From: a virus
Lineage: Duplodnaviria > Caudoviricetes
Direction: 5' to 3' (one strand)
IMG/VR virus record: IMGVR_UViG_3300036861_000357
Span: 1 to 52,607 of that record
Length of the DNA: 52,607 nt
The notes beneath the pieces were generated by a model. It saw nothing but the letters and a program-made list of their open reading frames with translations, ran no database searches and was not told the origin of the DNA. The position numbers and the translations under genes are program-made. The first letter of the stretch is position 1. Every line of letters begins with the position of its first letter. Below, in pieces: positions 18,492-29,200 of the stretch.

Positions 18492-18716
18492 GTGGAGCCA
18501 GTCCTGTGGTGGATCATCGGTGCCCTCCTGACCGCGCTCGGGGCCGTGCTCGGGGTGGCGCTGTGGATGGCCCAGCGCTGGCAATCCCGCGTCGAGAACC
18601 GACTGCGCCGGCTTCACCACCAGGCCAACCTCCTCCAGTGGCTGGTCTTCGTTGTCAAGGATCTGTACCGCAAGGTCTTCGGACGCGAGCCGCCGCCACC
18701 CCCCAAGGAGTCCTGA
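18492..18716 (+). CDS. small TM protein, holin candidate
   Basis: VLWWIIGALLTALGAVLGVALW TM helix; adjacent to the endolysin. Confidence 0.55.
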   Translation: MEPVLWWIIGALLTALGAVLGVALWMAQRWQSRVENRLRRLHHQANLLQWLVFVVKDLYRKVFGREPPPPPKES

Positions 18717-18720
18717 TCTG

Positions 18721-19236
18721 ATGATTCTGGAGAGTCTCATCCCGAGTCTCCGGGGCGCAGAGGGGTGGAGCCCGACCGTCTACATTGACACCACTGGTAA
18801 TCTCACCATCGGATACGGCTTCAATCTTGGGAAGCTCCACGTATCCGCCGCCGGCACTGTGAAGGTCGATCCCGTCAACGGGATATCTGTCGCGGTTGGT
18901 GAGCAACTCATTTTGTCCGAAGTCGTCGAGGTCATAACTGCCATTCGGGCCTCGCTCCCCTGGTGGGACCGCCTCGACGACGTCCGCCAGGAAGTCCTCG
19001 CCGATATGGCCTACAACCTGGGGATGCCCGGCCTGCTGAAGTGGCCGATCTTTCTCCGGCAGGTCAGGACCGGAGACTACGCCTCTGCCGCTGGCAACAT
19101 GCGTTCAACCCTCTGGTATCGGCAGACGGGGCGTCGCGCCCGCCGATTGGTTAAGATGATGGAGACTGGGCAGGATCAGCCGCCGCTCAAGCTCAGGCCG
19201 AAGAAGTTGAAGAAGCTGAAAAAGGAGGAAAAGTGA
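18721..19236 (+). CDS. endolysin, T4-like/GH24 lysozyme
   Basis: EG..PTVYIDTTGNLTIGYG catalytic E-D-T motif; RQEVLADMAYNLG; W..Q..RA.R. Confidence 0.9.
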   Translation: MILESLIPSLRGAEGWSPTVYIDTTGNLTIGYGFNLGKLHVSAAGTVKVDPVNGISVAVGEQLILSEVVEVITAIRASLPWWDRLDDVRQEVLADMAYNLGMPGLLKWPIFLRQVRTGDYASAAGNMRSTLWYRQTGRRARRLVKMMETGQDQPPLKLRPKKLKKLKKEEK

Positions 19237-20156
19237 AGAAGGAGACGAAGAGCAAAGTCAGGAACCCGAAGCACGCAGCCGCGACCGATCTCACCATCAA
19301 GGATCTGGAGAACCTCCGGGTCCTCAACCGCGCGTTCTCGGCGGACGACATCGTCGCCGCTGGGCAGAAGCGAGGTCTCGTTGGCAAGAAGGCCATCGAC
19401 ATCAACCTGCTCATGCAACTGCTCGTCCAGCTTGGCCCGATCCTCGGACCGCTGCTCATCCAGATCCTCACCAAGCCACCGCAACCGCAGCCCACCCCGG
19501 CGCCGACCCCCTCGCCAAGCCCCATCCCACCACCTCCGCCACCGGCCCCAACGCCGACACCCATCCCCACTCCCACCCCGGTGCCGCCTCCAGTTCCGTC
19601 GCGCACGGTGGCCTCCATTGGTTCGCGCGTCCTGGGGATCGAGGGCTGGGACCCGCGACGCGGGCATTTCCTGCTCGGCGGGGGGACGGTGCGGAACATC
19701 GTCAACGGCGCTGAGTTGATCGGCGCCGGCTACCGGATCCACTTCGACTCCACGCCGAAGGACCAGAACGGGCAGCCGTTCTTCAACGGGGACCTGCCGC
19801 GGTATCCCGAACTGTTCGCCATCGACCCCACGCAGGTCGCCATCGACCCTCGCAACGGGAAGTGGTCGAGCGGGGAGGGCAACAACCGGATCGAGCACTG
19901 GATCCGCGTCGATGGCCGCGAGTACGGCCCGCAGGGCGACACCGAGCCGGGCACGCCGTTCGACGGCCAGGAAGTCGTGGCACTGACCTCCGAGTACGAC
20001 GACGGCGCCTGCACGCCCGTCCTGACAGTGCCGCAGGACATCGACCTGTCCGCCGAGCACACCGTCGCCTACAGGGCGGTGTGGGTCGGCCCGGACGGCC
20101 GGCGGGTGGGGGGCAACTGGACGTCCGAGATGCGAGTACACGCCTGGGGGTTCTGA
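19233..20156 (+). CDS. protein with hydrophobic segment, PT/PS linker and beta domain
   Basis: LLMQLLVQLGPILGPLLIQIL, a long Pro/Thr linker, then a globular C-terminal domain. Confidence 0.7.
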   Translation: MKKETKSKVRNPKHAAATDLTIKDLENLRVLNRAFSADDIVAAGQKRGLVGKKAIDINLLMQLLVQLGPILGPLLIQILTKPPQPQPTPAPTPSPSPIPPPPPPAPTPTPIPTPTPVPPPVPSRTVASIGSRVLGIEGWDPRRGHFLLGGGTVRNIVNGAELIGAGYRIHFDSTPKDQNGQPFFNGDLPRYPELFAIDPTQVAIDPRNGKWSSGEGNNRIEHWIRVDGREYGPQGDTEPGTPFDGQEVVALTSEYDDGACTPVLTVPQDIDLSAEHTVAYRAVWVGPDGRRVGGNWTSEMRVHAWGF

Positions 20157-20163
20157 GGTAGCA

Positions 20164-20202
20164 ACGGCCCCGGGGTGGGATTTGGTCTTGCCTCGGGGCC
20201 GT
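20164..20202 (+). terminator. 17-bp hairpin (with G-U pairs)
   Basis: ACGGCCCCGGGGTGGGA-TTTGG-TCTTGCCTCGGGGCCGT in an intergenic gap. Confidence 0.55.
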
Positions 20203-20218
20203 CCTTAGGAGGGGCAGG

Positions 20219-20599
20219 ATGAGCGTAGTGCGGCGGCTCCCGGACGTCCCGGTCGTCCACCGGATGCCCACCCAGCAGAAGGTGAAGGCGTGGTTCGCGA
20301 TGAATCGCACGCTTGTCGGTGGGCTGCTCCTCCTCGCCTCTACCATCTTCCGCTTCACGCTTCACTTCGAGGGCCACAGCGACTTCGCGGACAACCTCAA
20401 GTTCTTCGCCGACCTCTGCATCACCGGCGGCGCCGCCCTGGCCGTGGCCGGTCGCACCAACTCCGACGAGGTGCACGAGGAGCGTGTGCACGCGGAGATC
20501 CGGCGGCGCTCTGGCGAGTATCCTGCCTACCGCCGTCGTGTGACCGACGTCGATCAGCTTGCGTCGATCCGAAAGAGGGATCAGGGTGGCTCTTCGTAA
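20219..20599 (+). CDS. two-TM holin-like protein
   Basis: AGGAGG SD; two hydrophobic segments and a charged C-terminus. Confidence 0.55.
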   Translation: MSVVRRLPDVPVVHRMPTQQKVKAWFAMNRTLVGGLLLLASTIFRFTLHFEGHSDFADNLKFFADLCITGGAALAVAGRTNSDEVHEERVHAEIRRRSGEYPAYRRRVTDVDQLASIRKRDQGGSS

Positions 20600-21983
20600 C
20601 GAGAAGGAGCAGGGTTACCGCACTCCGATCGACTCCCGGCTCGGGGTCAACATCGAGCATTTCGGCGGAGTGGACGTCGAGAGCGACCCCGCCGCGGTAG
20701 TGGATGGTCGATTCCAGTCCCTCATCAACGCTCTCCTCGGGACCGGGCCGATCAAGAACCGCGGAGGGCAATCCAAGACCAATCTCGTGGCGATCGGCAA
20801 CATCGAGGGCATGATCGACGCCTCCGACGTCGGAGCCTCCCACGAGATCGAGCTTGAGCCGGCGCCCGGTGGGGTCCTCCGACTCTTCTGGATCGGGACC
20901 GGCTCTGCGGACACGATCCAGCACAAGACCTACGACGGGGCCACCCTCGATACTCTCAGCGGGACGCTTGCCCCCGAGGGGGGCTCGCCAACCGCCCTCT
21001 TGAGCTTGGTGAGCGGGCCACCCAAGCTCTACGTCGGTGTCCCATCCTACCTGTCCGGGAGCGACTACATCCTCCCGCTCCTGCGCTGGACCGATGGCTC
21101 TCCCCCGTCAGGGGCTCTCGTCAATGTTGGGACCATCGTGAACCTTGGGGCGGGAGCGGGGAAGGCCCAGGCCGTCGTGTCCGCGCTGGCAAGGAGATTC
21201 ACGCGGCTCTACATCGGGATAGGGAGCCAGGATACCAGCCTCTACGCCACCGCCAGCGTCTACTCATGGGATGGTGCGACCTTCACCCTCGAAGACACTG
21301 TCACCTCTCCATGGACCGCTGCCGGCGAGACCATCTATCCGATACTCCTCATCGATGGACAGCGGGTGTACGCCTTCTATGCTGGCCTGCACGCCGCCGA
21401 TCCGGATGGGGATTACAAGATCCGGTTGCGGAACAGCGCCGGGGTGTGGAGCGACCTCACGCTGCCGGCCGCGATGAGCAATTCTCTCGGCCACTTCATC
21501 CCGACCAACTGCGACATCTTCAACGGGCTCGTCTATGTGGCGGGATTTGGGCAGGACGACGCCAATCCGATTGGTCAGTTCATATTCTCTTCAAACGCTG
21601 GGAGCAACTTCTCGCTGGAGCGAAAGATCCCGGATAGTGGTATCACCGCAGGAGTGGATCTCCGCACCTTCAACGGCTACCTCTATTACCTCTGGAGGAA
21701 GCTAAGCACCACAAACCTATTCCTTGGACGCTATGACGGAGCGACTTGGGACGACAACCACATCGACTTCACCGCCGCCTTCCCAGCGGAGCTTCCGATC
21801 AACGGGAGAGGGATGGAGGTCTACAACGGGTCTCTCTATATTTCCGCGTCGGGCAACCTCTACAAGTCGAATGGCGTCGTCACTGGCTCGGGCTGGACGA
21901 AGATCGGAGCGGTGTCGGGGCCGCAGATCGCAGTACCGGATCTTGCCGCGCGGAGGCATTGGCTCGCCACCTACAAGGCTTAG
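20586..21983 (+). CDS. tail nozzle-like protein, N-terminal part with beta-propeller
   Basis: FGGVDVESDP...SLIN...G.IKNRGG N-terminus; repeated FNG.LY and YDGATW blades. Confidence 0.65.
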   Translation: MALRNEKEQGYRTPIDSRLGVNIEHFGGVDVESDPAAVVDGRFQSLINALLGTGPIKNRGGQSKTNLVAIGNIEGMIDASDVGASHEIELEPAPGGVLRLFWIGTGSADTIQHKTYDGATLDTLSGTLAPEGGSPTALLSLVSGPPKLYVGVPSYLSGSDYILPLLRWTDGSPPSGALVNVGTIVNLGAGAGKAQAVVSALARRFTRLYIGIGSQDTSLYATASVYSWDGATFTLEDTVTSPWTAAGETIYPILLIDGQRVYAFYAGLHAADPDGDYKIRLRNSAGVWSDLTLPAAMSNSLGHFIPTNCDIFNGLVYVAGFGQDDANPIGQFIFSSNAGSNFSLERKIPDSGITAGVDLRTFNGYLYYLWRKLSTTNLFLGRYDGATWDDNHIDFTAAFPAELPINGRGMEVYNGSLYISASGNLYKSNGVVTGSGWTKIGAVSGPQIAVPDLAARRHWLATYKA

Positions 21984-21986
21984 GGC

Positions 21987-23651
21987 ATGGCAGAGGGGCA
22001 TCACCTCGTCGTAGCCGAAGGGATCCTCTGGACCCGCCTGCAATCCGGGGCCAACTTCTCTTCGCTTGGAATCCCGGCCGGGGTTGGACTCCTCGGGAAC
22101 CGCCCGTTCATGACCCGCTTCCGTCGCGCGGTGGTGGGGGTCGGGCGCCACACTCCAGGCTTTGTCTACTCCGACGAGTTCAATAAGGCGTGGGCGCTGG
22201 GGATAGCGGACCCCTCGGTCGCGCTCACCATCTCCACCTCTGGCACGGGGATCACCGGCATCGTCATCCTCTATTACAACTGGCGGCACAAGGAGGGCAC
22301 CTCCCTCATCCACCAGGGCAATATCTCCCCTGGGTCGAACTCGCTCTCCGTTACGAACCAGGGAGTGACCACCACCAACATCCCAGCTACCGCCCCCGAC
22401 GCCCGCACCACCCACGTTGGGATCTGGGCCTCAGTGGATGGGGACATCCCGAAGTACGTCAGCGAGGTCACGATCGGGACCACCTCTTTCACCTGGAACG
22501 GTCCGGTCGCCGCCCGCGGTGACACCGTCCCCGTCAACTCGGATGGGACAATCAACGTCGGTGCCCGGGGGCGGCCTCCGATCGGCACGGTTGCGGTGCG
22601 CTACCACGGCCGGGTTTGGTATCTTGAGACCCTCCACCCGGAGCGCGTCTACTACTCCCTGATCGAGGAGGGGGAGAGCGTCAGTCCCACCGCGTACCTC
22701 AATACCCTCGGTCGTGAGGCCACCGTTGGGATGGGAGTGCAAGACGATCAACTCGTGGTCTTCGGCGCCGAGGTCATGTTCGACGTTCAGGGCTACGCCG
22801 GGGGCGGCTCCAACCCGGACTTCACGATGCGCTACATCGCCCAGGACATCGGCTGCATCTCCGCGTGCTCGGTGAAGTCGGTTTTCGGGCGGCTGCACTT
22901 CGCGTCAAAGAGGGGGCCGGCTCGCTACAGCGGTGGAGGGCGCCCGGAGATTCTCGGCGACGATAAGATCCAAACCTTCTGGATCGACGAGTACAAGGCC
23001 AACCGCGCCGCCTACGAGGATTGCCAGGGGGATTACGACGTCGAGCACCACGCTTATAAGATCCTCATCCCGGGGACGCCACCCTTCTACTACATCGTGA
23101 GCTACGCGCTCGGGGAGGATCGCCTCCCAGAGGTCCACTTCATGGACCGGACGCGCAACGACAACTCGATTGGGACCTTGTGGGATTCGGAATCGGGGGC
23201 GAGCTTCAACTACGTGGGAGGTGCGGACGGGTTCTTGAGGAAGGAGAACCAGTACACCAACGCGGACGACGACGGGGACACGCTCGCCAAGCGGCTCATC
23301 ATCATCCCGAAGCATCTCCTCGTACAGCCATCAGGTGGGCGAGCGCACGGGGGCACCTTCAAGGGTTTGACCCTCTACATTCGGAGCGCCAGCCAGGGCT
23401 ACATTGTCTCCGCCTACGGAGGGGACGATCCCGCCGCCGAGGCCGATGCTCCGCGGTGGGGGCCATTCACGTTTGGTGCCCTGCACATCGCGGGGAAGGT
23501 GGACGAGACGAGTAAGTTCATTCGCCTCACCCGAATGTCCGGGAAAGGCATGACCCTCAAGATCCAGGTCAACTCCCCGATTGGGTTTGAATACCGGGGG
23601 TTTTCGGTGGATCATGTATCCGGGTCACAGTCCGGAGGGCTAAAGGCGTAG
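21987..23651 (+). CDS. tail nozzle / packaged-DNA-stabilisation-like protein, C-terminal part
   Basis: YHGRVW, RVYYS, QLVVF, DIGCIS..SV motifs; C-terminal beta-sandwich GKGMTLKI. Confidence 0.7.
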   Translation: MAEGHHLVVAEGILWTRLQSGANFSSLGIPAGVGLLGNRPFMTRFRRAVVGVGRHTPGFVYSDEFNKAWALGIADPSVALTISTSGTGITGIVILYYNWRHKEGTSLIHQGNISPGSNSLSVTNQGVTTTNIPATAPDARTTHVGIWASVDGDIPKYVSEVTIGTTSFTWNGPVAARGDTVPVNSDGTINVGARGRPPIGTVAVRYHGRVWYLETLHPERVYYSLIEEGESVSPTAYLNTLGREATVGMGVQDDQLVVFGAEVMFDVQGYAGGGSNPDFTMRYIAQDIGCISACSVKSVFGRLHFASKRGPARYSGGGRPEILGDDKIQTFWIDEYKANRAAYEDCQGDYDVEHHAYKILIPGTPPFYYIVSYALGEDRLPEVHFMDRTRNDNSIGTLWDSESGASFNYVGGADGFLRKENQYTNADDDGDTLAKRLIIIPKHLLVQPSGGRAHGGTFKGLTLYIRSASQGYIVSAYGGDDPAAEADAPRWGPFTFGALHIAGKVDETSKFIRLTRMSGKGMTLKIQVNSPIGFEYRGFSVDHVSGSQSGGLKA

Positions 23652-23661
23652 GAGGTCTGCG

Positions 23662-24435
23662 ATGGGTGCCCTGATACCGCCCAACCCGTTCGGTGGGTCC
23701 TCCAGCAGCCTCACCACCAACCCGTTCGCCTCCCCACCGCCTCCTGCCCCTACGGGGGCGGCAACACCATACCAGGTTCCGTACGCCGCCACCCCCATCC
23801 CTGGCTCTGGCGCGGTTGGTTCTGGGTTCGTCCCACCTCCGGCCCCGGGCGTCACCACCAGTGTCAACACCGCCGCTCCGCCGCCGGAACTCATGCAGGT
23901 CTTCAACGCGGTGACGAGCAAGGCCGGGGTCGTCGATCCGAACCAGGCCAAGGCCATCTCGAACATCGAAGGGCGGATGTCCGCCGACACCACCGCCCGA
24001 GCGATCCAGAACGCGCAGAGCGCATCGCAGGACGCGCTCGCGGGGCAGATCCAGGCGGCGAAGGAGAGGGCGGCGGCCGGTGGGACCTCCTCCAATATCC
24101 AGAACCAGATCCAGGCTCTCACGGATCAGGCGGCTCGGAACCAAGCGGCGCAGGCGGCGGGAATCACGCTCGGGCGAGAGAGGGACCTCGACGCCCTCGC
24201 GCTAGGTAGCGTGGGGGCCTACGGTGCTCCCTCCCAGCGGGAACTCTCACTCCTTGGGCTCGGGGCCGGGGCCGCGGGGGACATCGCTGGTGCGCGGCTC
24301 GGCGAGCTTTCGCAGAATCAGGCTACCGCTGCCGCCGCCCAGGCCGCCCAAGTCGCCCAGCAGCAGCTTGCGATCCAGGCCGCCCAGCAGCAGCAGAACG
24401 CGATGCTAGACCTCTATCGGACGCTCTGGATCTAG
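23662..24435 (+). CDS. putative ejection (internal virion) protein
   Basis: A/Q/G-rich helical protein after the nozzle; AGGAGG SD. Confidence 0.6.
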   Translation: MGALIPPNPFGGSSSSLTTNPFASPPPPAPTGAATPYQVPYAATPIPGSGAVGSGFVPPPAPGVTTSVNTAAPPPELMQVFNAVTSKAGVVDPNQAKAISNIEGRMSADTTARAIQNAQSASQDALAGQIQAAKERAAAGGTSSNIQNQIQALTDQAARNQAAQAAGITLGRERDLDALALGSVGAYGAPSQRELSLLGLGAGAAGDIAGARLGELSQNQATAAAAQAAQVAQQQLAIQAAQQQQNAMLDLYRTLWI

Positions 24436-24444
24436 GAGGACCGT

Positions 24445-25149
24445 ATGGCAACGATGCCGCCCGTCTACGCCCCCGCCGCACCGCCCGGATTTCGAGGAGC
24501 CTTCACCTTCGGGCCTGGCGGAGTGGCCCAATCGACCGCGAGCGGCCCCACCATTGGGGGTGCCGGAGGTGGTGGGCTCGACATGGGCCTGCTCCAGAGA
24601 CTCCTGCTCCGTCGAGAGGCCGAGCGAGGAGAGGATCGAGCGTCTGCCCAAGCGATGCGGAAGGAGCAGATGATGGCGATGCGCCGCCAGATGTCGGCGG
24701 CAGAGAGCGCTGGGCAGGCGGGCAAGGCCGAGGCCCTGAAGGCGGGCATGGGGCTGCGCGGGGGGAGGCCGGTCTTCACCCAGACGGTCGGTGGCGCGGG
24801 GATGGCACCGGGACGAATCCGCGCGAGCCAGTGGCAGCCGGGATCCGACTTCGCTGGGTACGAGGAAGATCTCGGCACCGGACCTGCCGCCGCGCACTTC
24901 ATTCCGCCGAATTTCGCTGGGCTCTCCCGAGCGTCGAGCGAGTTCGGGGCACCGAACCAGGGACCGGCCGGCAGCTACGCCAGTCCGGCCTACTCGGCAG
25001 CGGGACCGCTCTCGAACGCGGCCGGAGGTGCTCCGCTGGTGGCCCGCGCCGAACGTAGCAACATGGACATCAACGCACGCGAGCAGCAGAGGCAGGAGCA
25101 GCAGCGGGCGCTCCTTGCCATGCTCGGCGCTGGCCCACGCTACTACTGA
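24445..25149 (+). CDS. putative ejection protein
   Basis: G/A/M/Q-rich; AGGAGG SD. Confidence 0.55.
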   Translation: MATMPPVYAPAAPPGFRGAFTFGPGGVAQSTASGPTIGGAGGGGLDMGLLQRLLLRREAERGEDRASAQAMRKEQMMAMRRQMSAAESAGQAGKAEALKAGMGLRGGRPVFTQTVGGAGMAPGRIRASQWQPGSDFAGYEEDLGTGPAAAHFIPPNFAGLSRASSEFGAPNQGPAGSYASPAYSAAGPLSNAAGGAPLVARAERSNMDINAREQQRQEQQRALLAMLGAGPRYY

Positions 25150-25160
25150 GGAGGTGAGGG

Positions 25161-26270
25161 ATGGGCTTCTTCAGCTTCCTGCCGCCGCCGATGCTGCGCC
25201 GAGGTGTGCCGGCACCGGAGGAGGAGCTTCCCACTCCTCGCCCGATCCACACCATGCCCAACTTCCCGATCGTGCCCCCTACCCAAGGGTGGAGCACGAA
25301 CTGGCCGGGGAGCGACGTCATCCCCTATGACATAACTGAGGAGGCGATGGCGCTGGCCCAGCGCACGCCGGCCACCCACCCGGTTCCTTCCACGGTGGGA
25401 ACCGGGCCGGGGATGACGTTCGGGACCGCGCAGGCCCCGCAGCTTCGTGCGGCCACACCAGCGCCGGTGGGGTTCCGTGGTGCGGGGTCCTCGGCCGGCT
25501 GGACTCCTGCGCCGGGCGCCCCTGAGTCGAGCTTCGGCGGCCACATGCGCGCCTTGCCCGGAGCGGTCCTCGAAACCCTGAAGGGCTACGGTGGTGGGAT
25601 CGCCCGCGCGCTCGGCGCCTTCCCCACCCAGGGGATCTTCAGCGCCTCGATGCAGGGGAGTCCGGAGCCGGCTCCTGGGATCCTCCCTGTTGCCCGAGCG
25701 GACACGCGGCCCGCCAACCCGAACGAGGCCGCGCACAAGCAGGCGCGCAGGGAGCCCACCGCCGCCGCCCAGCCCACGGTTCCTTTCCAGCCCCCAGCGG
25801 AAGGGGAGAAGAGGGTGGCACCTTCCCCCGAGCAGGACCCGCGCAACGTCGGCAAGCGCCCGGGAGAAAGGGGCTACGTCTACACCAACCTCGACCTCGA
25901 CCGGGTTCGCAGGGAGGGACCTTCGCGCGGGGGGTTCGGGACCTTCACCACCAACGACCCTGAGGAGCGGCTCTTCGGCCAGGCCATGCGGATCGCGGAG
26001 GCGCGGGGCAAGGCGCTCGAAGAAGACCCGATGGGTATCAAGGCGTACCGGGCGAGGAAGGAGGTCGAGGAGGAGTTCGGGAGCCGAGTCGATCGCCAGG
26101 TGCTCGAACAGAAGAACCAGATCGAGGCCCACGCCGAGGCCCAGATCGAGCGCGCACGCCGCGATCCGAATCTCTCTCCGGAGCAGCGTGATGATACCGT
26201 CGCCCGCATCAAGGAGTGGAGGGATCAGCGCATCAGCGCGATCGACCCGCGTTACAAGCCGGTCTTATAA
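25161..26270 (+). CDS. putative ejection protein
   Basis: Pro-rich N-terminus and charged helical C-terminus; GAGGAGGTGAGG SD. Confidence 0.55.
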   Translation: MGFFSFLPPPMLRRGVPAPEEELPTPRPIHTMPNFPIVPPTQGWSTNWPGSDVIPYDITEEAMALAQRTPATHPVPSTVGTGPGMTFGTAQAPQLRAATPAPVGFRGAGSSAGWTPAPGAPESSFGGHMRALPGAVLETLKGYGGGIARALGAFPTQGIFSASMQGSPEPAPGILPVARADTRPANPNEAAHKQARREPTAAAQPTVPFQPPAEGEKRVAPSPEQDPRNVGKRPGERGYVYTNLDLDRVRREGPSRGGFGTFTTNDPEERLFGQAMRIAEARGKALEEDPMGIKAYRARKEVEEEFGSRVDRQVLEQKNQIEAHAEAQIERARRDPNLSPEQRDDTVARIKEWRDQRISAIDPRYKPVL

Positions 26271-26279
26271 GGGGACTAC

Positions 26280-29200
26280 GTGGCCCTCCGCCTCCCCACC
26301 TATGACGAGTTCTTGGGTCGGATGCCAAGCGAGGGTGGGCGCGCGCCCGAGCCCCATGGGGGTGTGGGGCGGCGGCCGGCGCTCGATCTCCCGAGCTACG
26401 AGAGCTTCACAGCGGGGTTCGGACCCCCCGAGCCCGCCAGCCCCGGGTTCTTCGCCAAGGCCGGTCAGGCCCTCGGCCGCGCGCGTGAGGTCATCCGTCG
26501 AGCACCAGCCATCGCGGGCTACTACTACGCGGGTCAGATGCCTGGGCAGGAAGGGTTCGCGGGTCGCGCTCTCACCGCTCCAGAGGAGGAGTTCGAGCCC
26601 TCCCAGATCCGAGAACTGATCTCCCCGCCCGAGCAGCCGGCCACCTCCATCCCCGGGGCCATCGCGCGCGGGGTGGCCGGGGAGGTCGGCACCATCCTGG
26701 CCGACCCAGAGCAACTCGCGATCCTCGCCGGGCTCCGTGGACTCGGTGGGGCCGCCACCCGCGCGCGAGCCGCTGTCACCGCAGCCCCAACTGTTGAGGC
26801 CGCCGCCGCCGCTGCTTCCCGTGCGCGAGCACTCGCGGCTCTCCAGCGTGGGGTCTCGGCTGGCTTCGCCGCGGAGATGCTCCCCGGCGCGGCGGAGGGA
26901 GTCGCGGAGGCCGGGCGCCGGTACATGGAGGGGGGCCTCACTCCGGAGACGGCGGAGGCTGCGACCCAGGCCGCCCTCGGGACGCTCTTCACCCTCGGGG
27001 CCGGGCTCCATGCGGTGGGGCCGACGCCGGCCGCCGCCAGGGTGCCCTCGCCGGCCGAGGTCCAAGGACTCTTCGCGCACGAGAGGCCGATCGGCCCGGA
27101 GTTCTCCTACGGCGAGGCCCCGATCGGCCCCGTCCCTGAGTCCCCGGTGCCCATCGGCCCGATGGGTCCCTATCCCGAGCCAATCGGTCCCATTGGGGAG
27201 GCCCCTCGCCCCCTCGGCCCCGAGCCCCTCCCCGCTCCGCGCCCGGACCGAGACTTCATCACCGACTACCGGCCGGAGCGGATCTTCCGCGCGCCTGAGC
27301 AACCCTTCCTCCTCCCAGACGTCGAGCCCTACCCGATCACCCCGTCATGGCGGACTGGCCTCGTCACCGAAGCCGCTCCACCCCCTCCGGCCCCGGGGCT
27401 CGAAGCCCAGTTCGGGCAAGCGCTCCGGGCGCCTCGTCAGGTTGGGAGGGAGGCGACCTTCGAACTCCTCCAGGGGCCGCCGATCCCGGAGCCGCCCCCG
27501 GCCCCGTCCATGGCCCCTCCTCCGCTGGCGGCGCCACCCTCGCAGGTTCCGCTCCTGCCGGATCTCCGTCCCGTGCCAACAAGAGCATTGGAGCCGCCGC
27601 CCGCTCCGCGCGGACCCGCTCCCGCAGCAGGGCCGGTCGCGGGGCAGCACCGACTCCCCTACGACCAGATCGAGACCATGGTGGACGAGAGCGTTCCGGC
27701 AGCCGAGGCTGCGCTGCGCCGGCCCGGTGGGGAACAGGGAGGGATCGCGCGCGATGCCACTGGAGCGGTGGTCAACATGCTCGCACCGGGAATGCACCCG
27801 GCCAAGGTTGAGTTCGGCCTGGAAGGTCTGAAGGAAGGACCAAAGAAGATCGCCGACGCTCTCCACAGGGATAAGGACAACCCGCTCTACCTACGCGCGC
27901 GCGAGGCCATGCGAACCTCCATCGAGGATAGGGTGGATCTCGAAGCCCGTTACCGCGGGGAAGCGTACGAGGCACCGGGCGCGGTGGACACGAGCTTCAA
28001 CCCCGAGGAGTTCGAGCCCGCTGCCCAGGCCGCGACCACCGCCCCCGCTCCCAGGGTGCCCTACGACTTCCCACTGGAGCGTGTCCCGGAGGTGCAGCAG
28101 GTCGCGGCTCGGGAAGCAGCGCGCGGCCTCGCTCGGGAGTTCGCCGAAACGGGCAAGCTCGACGACGCCGCCCTCGACGCGCGGTTGCCCGAGAATCTCA
28201 AGGCGCACCGCGAGGCGATCAAAAGCCACGTGGTGCAGGAGGCCTCGGCGCTCATCCAGGGGCGGGACTTCGTCGAGGCCCTGCGCGAGCGGCACGGGGA
28301 AGCGGGGCCGGATGGGGTGTCGGTCGTGGCTCCGGGGGCGGCGCGAAGCGGCCTTCCCGAATGGGTCCACGGGATGCCGGATTCATACGACATCGTCCAG
28401 CGCGCGGGCGGGAAGATCGTGGGCGGCGCCGAGGTGCGCGGCAACACGCTGGTGATGATCTCGGGTGGGCGTGCGCTCGACTCCCCCGTCAGCATCCGGC
28501 CGGTCTACGAGGCGCTTGACAAGGCCGGGGTCCGCCGCAATGATATCCTCACCGTTTTAGGGGCCGAGGCCAGGGCCACCCGACGCGCCGCCCCGAGGGA
28601 GGAAGTAGATGTCAGCCGCAAGCCCCGTCCCGAGCCCCCAGCCGCAGCCGCTCCCGAACTTCCTCGACCGGCTGAAGGCCCGCGCCCAGGACCAGAGCCT
28701 CCACCCGCTGCTGCGGCAGGAGTTCCTGCGGAGGGTCGAGGCGCTGGAGAAGAGCCTCGCGCCGTCGCCCAGCCAACGCCCACAGCCCCCGCTCCCGAAG
28801 TCGAACGGCCGGTAGTCAAAGAGGTCGCACCTCGGCCACCGGAGGCCGCGAAGCCGGAAGCCGCCGCACCACCACCTGCCCCACCCAGCGAAGTACCTCC
28901 GGAGGCTGAGCCCCCTGCCGTGGTCTCCTTCGGCAAGCCCGCCACCTATCAGGGCCGCAAGCGCATCGAGGTCAAGCCCCCCTTCGAGTCTCCCAAGCGC
29001 TTTGCGATCGAACAAGACGCGAAGGGTGCCAAGACCTACTCCGTCGTTAGTGAGGAGACCTCCGGCGCCACTGGGGAGAAGTCTCGCACCGTCCACGCCA
29101 GTGGGTTGACGCTCAACGAGGCCAAGCGCCGTGCGCCGGAGTTCGTAGGGGAGGCGCCGGAGGTGGTGCCTGGCTGGACTCGAAGCGACGTTCTCACTGC

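Noticed and set aside
19480-19600. C-rich DNA repeat or array
   Set aside because: It simply encodes the Pro/Thr linker
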